From: Acidobacteriota bacterium
GTDB lineage: Bacteria > Acidobacteriota > UBA6911 > RPQK01 > JAJDTT01
NCBI GenBank assembly: GCA_965209055.1
Contig: OZ242374.1
Location: 4,768,001-4,832,000, forward strand
Direction: 5' to 3'
Length of the DNA stretch: 64,000 bases
Below the pieces are notes generated by a model that saw only the letters and a program-made list of their open reading frames with translations, was not told the DNA's origin and ran no database searches. Of this stretch, positions 59,469-64,000 are shown piece after piece. The position numbers were made by a program, and so were the translations under genes. How positions within the stretch are numbered: the stretch's first letter is position 1; each line of letters opens with the position of its first letter.

Positions 59469-59502
59469 TTGCCTCAATTCTCAGAAAAGATTAACTTAAG
59501 TT
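59469..59502 (+). promoter_or_regulatory. Putative sigma70 promoter and palindromic operator of the vapBC operon
   Basis: TTGCCT (59469) - 17 bp - TAACTT (59492), overlapped by the palindrome AACTTAAGTT (59493-59502). Confidence 0.55.
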
Positions 59503-59526
59503 GAACTTTTTGACGAGAGCACTCCG

Positions 59527-59772
59527 ATGCATGAGGTTCTAAACGCCAAGCAGCTCCGGGAGAAATTGAAGGAGGTCGTCGAGAAGGTGAGACATGGGGA
59601 CAAGTTTACCGTTCTGTACCGGAGCCGCCCGGCATTCGATATCGTCCCGGTAGGCACTCCCTCTGTCGAAAGCGTGCCCTTGGAATCGGATTCGCTTTAC
59701 CGGGCCGCGCCCGTCGGATCTTCGGGTTCGGGAGACGCCGCCGTGAAGCACGACGACCTGTTGTATCGATGA
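59527..59772 (+). CDS. Phd/YefM-family antitoxin
   Basis: LNAKQLREKL..VVEKV..GDKFTVLYRSRPAFDIVP; acidic tail ending HDDLLY; ATGA overlap with the toxin. Confidence 0.85.
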   Translation: MHEVLNAKQLREKLKEVVEKVRHGDKFTVLYRSRPAFDIVPVGTPSVESVPLESDSLYRAAPVGSSGSGDAAVKHDDLLYR

Positions 59773-60176
59773 AGTCCATCTTCGTGGATACGGCCGCATG
59801 GATTGCTGCCGCTGACAGTGCCGATATCTCAGGCCCGTCCGTGCGGGAAGCTCGGGATCGATGGCTTTCGGAGGGCGGCATCCTGGTGACGACCGACTAC
59901 GTGGTCGACGAGACGCTGACCACGATCCGGTTCCGCCTCGGCCTCGACGCTGCGGAAGCCTGGTGGCGGCAGATAGAAGGGTCGACCCGGCGTCGCATCG
60001 AGTCGGTCGGTGAAGCACGAAGAGAGCGCGCACGATCGCTCTTTTTCGGCTACCGTGACAAGGACTTCTCCTTCACCAACTGCTGCAGCTTCGTGGTCAT
60101 GCGGGAACTGCGAATTCGGAGGGTCCTGACGTTGGACCATCACTTCCGGCAGATGGGCTTTGAGGTCGTTCCTTGA
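59769..60176 (+). CDS. vapC: PIN-domain VapC toxin
   Basis: IFVDTAAWIA, TTDYVVDET, FSFTNCCSF (usual Asp replaced by Asn), LTLDHHFRQMGF. Confidence 0.9.
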   Translation: MKSIFVDTAAWIAAADSADISGPSVREARDRWLSEGGILVTTDYVVDETLTTIRFRLGLDAAEAWWRQIEGSTRRRIESVGEARRERARSLFFGYRDKDFSFTNCCSFVVMRELRIRRVLTLDHHFRQMGFEVVP

Positions 60177-60359
60177 TTCGCCCGAAATTCCCAACCGTTG
60201 GCCTGTCCAACGCTATTGATGGTCCCGGCGGCAGTCGAGCGCCGTTGAAAATCTTCCGGTCATTTCAATGCCGCCGGAACCGGTCCGTGCGAACGGTCCT
60301 CTGACGTGGCTGGAACAGAAGATACACGATCGAAGAGGCGGAACAGGAGGCAGAATCCA

Positions 60360-60794
60360 ATGGAAGCTCTCAAACGGATCATCGGCATCTATCTGATCGC
60401 GGTTGCGGTCATCGTTGCGGTCCATACGATCATCGAGCCGCTGTATTACACCTCCACCGAAGCCCATCCCTACACACCGAACTGGAGCTACATCAACCCG
60501 CTGATGGCGATTGCCGTCGCGCTGAGCCTGATATTGAGCTACGGCTGCAAGCGGCGGGCCGACGCCGAGGGCGGCGACGCGCCGGTCACCCGCTACTATC
60601 TGGCGGCGAACACGCTCTTTTACGGCTTCATATTCATCGGAATCCTGTTCTTCTGGAACTGGTTCAACTACGTGAGCCCCGGCTTTACCGCGGTGGGAGA
60701 CGACACCGTCACGCTGGTCTGGGGCTTCATCGACGCAGCACTGCCCCCGCTCCTGGGCGCGATGGGCATGTGTCTGCTACGGTGCGACAAGTAA
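60360..60794 (+). CDS. Four-TM membrane protein of unknown function
   Basis: AGGAGG RBS, ATG at 60360, four hydrophobic segments. Confidence 0.75.
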   Translation: MEALKRIIGIYLIAVAVIVAVHTIIEPLYYTSTEAHPYTPNWSYINPLMAIAVALSLILSYGCKRRADAEGGDAPVTRYYLAANTLFYGFIFIGILFFWNWFNYVSPGFTAVGDDTVTLVWGFIDAALPPLLGAMGMCLLRCDK

Positions 60795-60900
60795 GCTGGC
60801 GGCCGGCGTCATGCTGAACCAGGAATGAGGGTTGTCGCGCCGGTTCTCCATTGTGATTGAACGGGTCTTGCACGGGCGCGCGGCAGGACGCACCACACCG

Positions 60901-61206
60901 TCACCGATTGGCCGAACCTCGAGCCGGCGCCGCGTGAAGCTGGAGTCCCAGCGTTTGGACGACCTTGAGCACGGTGGCGAATCTCGGATTGCCGTCAGGA
61001 GATAGCGCCTTGTAAAGACTCTCCCGCCCAAGACCCGCGTTTCGGGCGACTGTGGTCATTCCCTTGGCCCGCGCGATGTCGCCCAATACAGCAAATATCA
61101 ACCCAGGATCGCCATCTTCGAGCGCCGCTTCCAAATATGCGGCCATGTCCTCTTCGGTCTCGAGATGTTCGGCCGCATCCCATGGACGGGTCTTTATCGT
61201 TGCCAT
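60901..61206 (-). CDS. Addiction-module antidote protein (HTH, HI1420-like)
   Basis: WDAAEHLETEEDMAAYL, LGDIARAKGMT.VA...GLGRESLYKALS.DGNPRF.TV. Confidence 0.92.
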   Translation of the reverse strand: MATIKTRPWDAAEHLETEEDMAAYLEAALEDGDPGLIFAVLGDIARAKGMTTVARNAGLGRESLYKALSPDGNPRFATVLKVVQTLGLQLHAAPARGSANR

Positions 61207-61219
61207 GACTATCTCTCCC

Positions 61220-61510
61220 CTATAGTTGATGCGCCAAGGCGTACGCCTTCCTTATATCTCGTTCCTGGGTCGTCTTTTCGCCGCCTGCCAGCAGGATCAC
61301 CACTGTCCGTTCCCGCCGTACAAAATACACGCGGGAACCTGGGCCGTAGTGAACTCGCAGTTCCGAAACACCCTTCCCAACTGGCCTCACGTCGCCGGGA
61401 TTTCCCAGCGAAAGCCGCCTGATTCGGGCGTCGATGCGAGCTCGAGCCCGCCGATCCGATAGCCTCTCAAACCATCGAGCGTATGCTTCGGTTTGTCGAA
61501 TCTCGAACAC
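61220..61510 (-). CDS. Addiction-module killer protein (RelE/ParE-like, HI1419-like)
   Basis: GTG at 61510; ARARIDARIRRLSLGNPGD.RPVG.GVSELRVHYGPGSRVYF, ILLAGGEKTTQ.RDI. Confidence 0.92.
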   Translation of the reverse strand: MFEIRQTEAYARWFERLSDRRARARIDARIRRLSLGNPGDVRPVGKGVSELRVHYGPGSRVYFVRRERTVVILLAGGEKTTQERDIRKAYALAHQL

Positions 61511-61516
61511 TGGCCC

Positions 61517-61537
61517 ATTGTATCCCACAGGATACAA
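61517..61537 (-). promoter_or_regulatory. TA operator palindrome overlapping -10 (TACAAT); likely leaderless transcript
   Basis: TTGTATCC-CACA-GGATACAA; the minus-strand TACAAT lies 6 nt before the GTG and there is no SD. Confidence 0.7.
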
Positions 61538-61879
61538 GTGTGGCGAGCCTGCCGTTGAATTTCTCCCGCGAAGCGATGTGCCTTCGGGCTTGAGCAAGCA
61601 TCTGCCTTGCCCTCACAACAAACGGCAGAAGGTCCGCCGGGCAGGTTGTTCAACAACGACGGCCAGCAGCCAATTCTTCCCGTCCGCCAAGGCGTTCTTC
61701 CCAAGGGACCTTTGGCATACACGTGGGGTCTCAATAAAGATCCCTCATTCACCAACTCAATGGCTACAGCGTGGTGGACCGTCTTCGCCACCGCTCGGCA
61801 GTCTGGGGAGAGCAGCTTGAGCGGTCTTGGTGGAGAAACGACCGAAGAAGATGCAGTTGATGGCGATCGATCAGACGAA

Positions 61880-62290
61880 CGTTCCTTGCAAGCACACGGG
61901 TCACATCGCCAAGCGACTGCTGGAGCGTTTCGGTCATCGAGGCGGCTCCGGCGTCCATCGATTTCCTGACCGTGGTCATGTCCGAATCCAGCGCCGCGCG
62001 TACATCCTGCTGACTCTGGGCCATGCTTTCGGCCGCGTTCTTCAAGGTGCGGTTCAGGTCCGTGACGATCGACGCCATCTCGTCGAATTGAGATCCGGTC
62101 CGTTCCTGCATGGCGTCGGCGAATCGTCCGAGCACCCGCTCGATCATCTGGCTGGCATCGGTCGATCGATCCTGGCGGAGTCCCTCAACCGTTTCCACGA
62201 GTCGCTCAAGCTGCGGCGTCAGACGACCGGCGATCTTCTCCTCCAGGGCCTGTTCCATGGAGAAAATCAACTCAGTGTTGAAGCGTTCAT
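61880..62290 (-). pseudogene. Coiled-coil gene fragment, probably the tail of Zorya ZorA
   Basis: RFNTELIFSMEQALEEKIAGRLTPQLERLV..GSQFDEMASIV..; no TM region, no RBS/start, no partner genes; the frame degenerates after VTRVLA. Family assignment is from memory only. Confidence 0.4.
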
Positions 62291-62465
62291 TATTTCGTGG
62301 GGAAGGGAATAGCCTCTCTCCGGCGCTAAAGAGTTGGCCGTCCTTTTAGTTCAGGTACGGATTGATAGTGAAGGATTCCTGGGGAAACATCCACACAACA
62401 GCAAAGGCAACGCGTTACCGTACAGGCAATTCCGATTTAGAACCGGTCTTCTCAGCGCCGAACAG

Positions 62466-62903
62466 TCAGCGCCGGGACCCGGTGTGGGATGCCAAAGAGA
62501 CGGTGGTGTCGGGAGTCGCGGCGGCGACCGTGCCGTAGAGGGGGCAGCGCGCCTTCCAGAGCGCCGTCAGCACTTCGGCGTCGTCGTCGCTCACCCCCCA
62601 CATTTCGATCCGGACCCGGACCGAATCGTAGAGGGTCAACTCACCGGGTTCCTGATCGGGGTCGCGGTAGGCCTCCACCGAGACGTCCATCCACTCCAGC
62701 GGGGTCTCGTCGGCCGCGGCGATTCGCTCCACCATGTTGACGGCGCAGGCGGCGACGCCGGAGAAGAAGAGTTCGCCGGCTCCCACCTCTTCCCCGCCCA
62801 GGTCGTCGGCCACGAAATGGTGGCTCCGAGCGCTGCAGATGGCCCGGCCCAGGGTTCCGGTGCTGTAGCTTCTGGCTTTGTACGCGAGCTTCAACTCTCC
62901 CAT
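62466..62903 (-). CDS. OsmC-like family protein
   Basis: GAGELFFSGVAAC...RCPLYGTV two-Cys pattern. Confidence 0.8.
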   Translation of the reverse strand: MGELKLAYKARSYSTGTLGRAICSARSHHFVADDLGGEEVGAGELFFSGVAACAVNMVERIAAADETPLEWMDVSVEAYRDPDQEPGELTLYDSVRVRIEMWGVSDDDAEVLTALWKARCPLYGTVAAATPDTTVSLASHTGSRR

Positions 62904-62943
62904 GTTCGTTTCCCCCTGATCGGACTCGTGAAATCTTGTGGAT

Positions 62944-64000
62944 TCAGGCGTTCAGCAGCTTGTTCACCACGTTGCCGCCCACGTCCGTCAGCCGGAAGTC
63001 GCGGCCCATGTGATGGTAGGTGAGGCGGGTGTGATCCAGTCCCAGGCAGTGCAGGAGCGTGGCCTGGAGATCGTGGACATGCACCGGGTCCTCCACCGGA
63101 TACAGGCCCAGCTCGTCGGATCGGCCCACCACCTGTCCGCCGCGGATGCCGCCGCCGGCCATCCACATGCTGAAGCAGGTGGGATGGTGGTCGCGTCCCG
63201 GATCTCCGCCGTGGATCTCCGGCTCTCCCATGGGCGTGCGGCCGAACTCGCCGCCCCACAACACCAGGGTGTCCTCCAGCAGTCCCCGCTGTTTCAGATC
63301 CTTCAGGAGCGCGGCCGTGGGCTGGTCCGTATCGTGGCAATAGTCCCTCAGCCTCTTGTCGATCTGGTGGTGGAAGTCCCAGTTGGCGTGGTTGAGCATG
63401 ACGAACCGGACCCCCCGCTCCACCAGCCTTCGGGCCAGGAGGCAGTTGACCGCGTACGACTTGGCCCGCTTGCCTTCCCGGTTGACGCCGTACTCCTCCA
63501 GCAGCTTCGGGGACTCCTGTGAGAAATCCAGCAGTTCCGGGGCCGCCATCTGCATCCGGAAGGCCAGTTCGTACGAGGCGATGCGGGCGCCGATCTCGGC
63601 GTCGCCGGTTTCCCGGAACCGTTTCTCATTCAGGAGCCGGAGTGCATCCAGGTGGACTCGCTGAATGCTGGAATTGACGCCGGGCGGATCCGACAGGTAG
63701 AGGATGGGATCCCCGGTGCTCATGAACGGGGTCCCCTGGTAGATGGAGGGCAGGAAGCCGTTGGACCAGTTGTTCTCACCCGCGCTGGGCCGGCTGCCCG
63801 TGCTCAACACCACGTAGCCCGGCAGATCCTGCGACTCGCTTCCCAGGCCGTAGGTCACCCATGATCCCATGGTGGGATGCCCCAGGATGCTGGTGCCCGC
63901 GTTGAGGAGCAGCTCACCCGGGTCGTGGTTCACCGCGTCGGTCTGCATGGTGCGAATCAGGCAGATGTCGTCGGCGTGGGCCCCCGTATAGGGAAGGTAG
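62944..64000 (-). CDS. DUF1501 domain protein, partial (5' end beyond window)
   Basis: Frame is open to the window end (ADDICLIRTMQTDAVNHDP); [40 protein letters not shown]. Confidence 0.92.
   Translation of the reverse strand, partial: YLPYTGAHADDICLIRTMQTDAVNHDPGELLLNAGTSILGHPTMGSWVTYGLGSESQDLPGYVVLSTGSRPSAGENNWSNGFLPSIYQGTPFMSTGDPILYLSDPPGVNSSIQRVHLDALRLLNEKRFRETGDAEIGARIASYELAFRMQMAAPELLDFSQESPKLLEEYGVNREGKRAKSYAVNCLLARRLVERGVRFVMLNHANWDFHHQIDKRLRDYCHDTDQPTAALLKDLKQRGLLEDTLVLWGGEFGRTPMGEPEIHGGDPGRDHHPTCFSMWMAGGGIRGGQVVGRSDELGLYPVEDPVHVHDLQATLLHCLGLDHTRLTYHHMGRDFRLTDVGGNVVNKLLNA

Noticed and set aside
1-64000. CRISPR arrays, tRNAs, integrases, intact transposases, reverse transcriptases
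   Set aside because: None recognised by eye; short or degenerate instances could have been missed

Overview
High-GC bacterial chromosome segment. It most plausibly comes from an Acidobacteriota-like sponge symbiont (inference from an Acidobacteria-style TonB receptor, DUF1501/DUF1552/DUF1592 genes, a eukaryote-type LRR surface protein and a swf-type PKS). Ordinary content: a MacAB-like ABC exporter, split aconitase X with a 2-hydroxyacid dehydrogenase, an S9 peptidase, mtnA-tsaD, a Wzm/Wzt glycan locus interrupted by a type II restriction-modification pair, nitrilase, SDR, radical SAM, PhyH dioxygenases, an AtoE-like transporter, a sialidase-like protein, an aldolase and msrA. The main accessory feature is a swfA/swfB pair: an animal-FAS-like single-module PKS followed by a reductase-sulfotransferase. 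It has a convergent STAS gene on one side, and two toxin-antitoxin pairs plus a probable ZorA remnant on the other. Three non-coding elements were read directly from the sequence and are missing from the ORF track: (1) a 14-codon ORF with a perfect Shine-Dalgarno that a 3' region can sequester, in competition with a terminator-like hairpin (27348-27525); (2) a 257-bp MITE with 23-bp TIRs and an 8-bp TSD that carries a near-copy of its own target junction (47243-47499); (3) a 158-nt rod-like fold-back element whose stem mismatches are G-U wobbles (3152-3309). No tRNA, rRNA or CRISPR array was seen. All calls come from reading motifs by eye; no database search was run.
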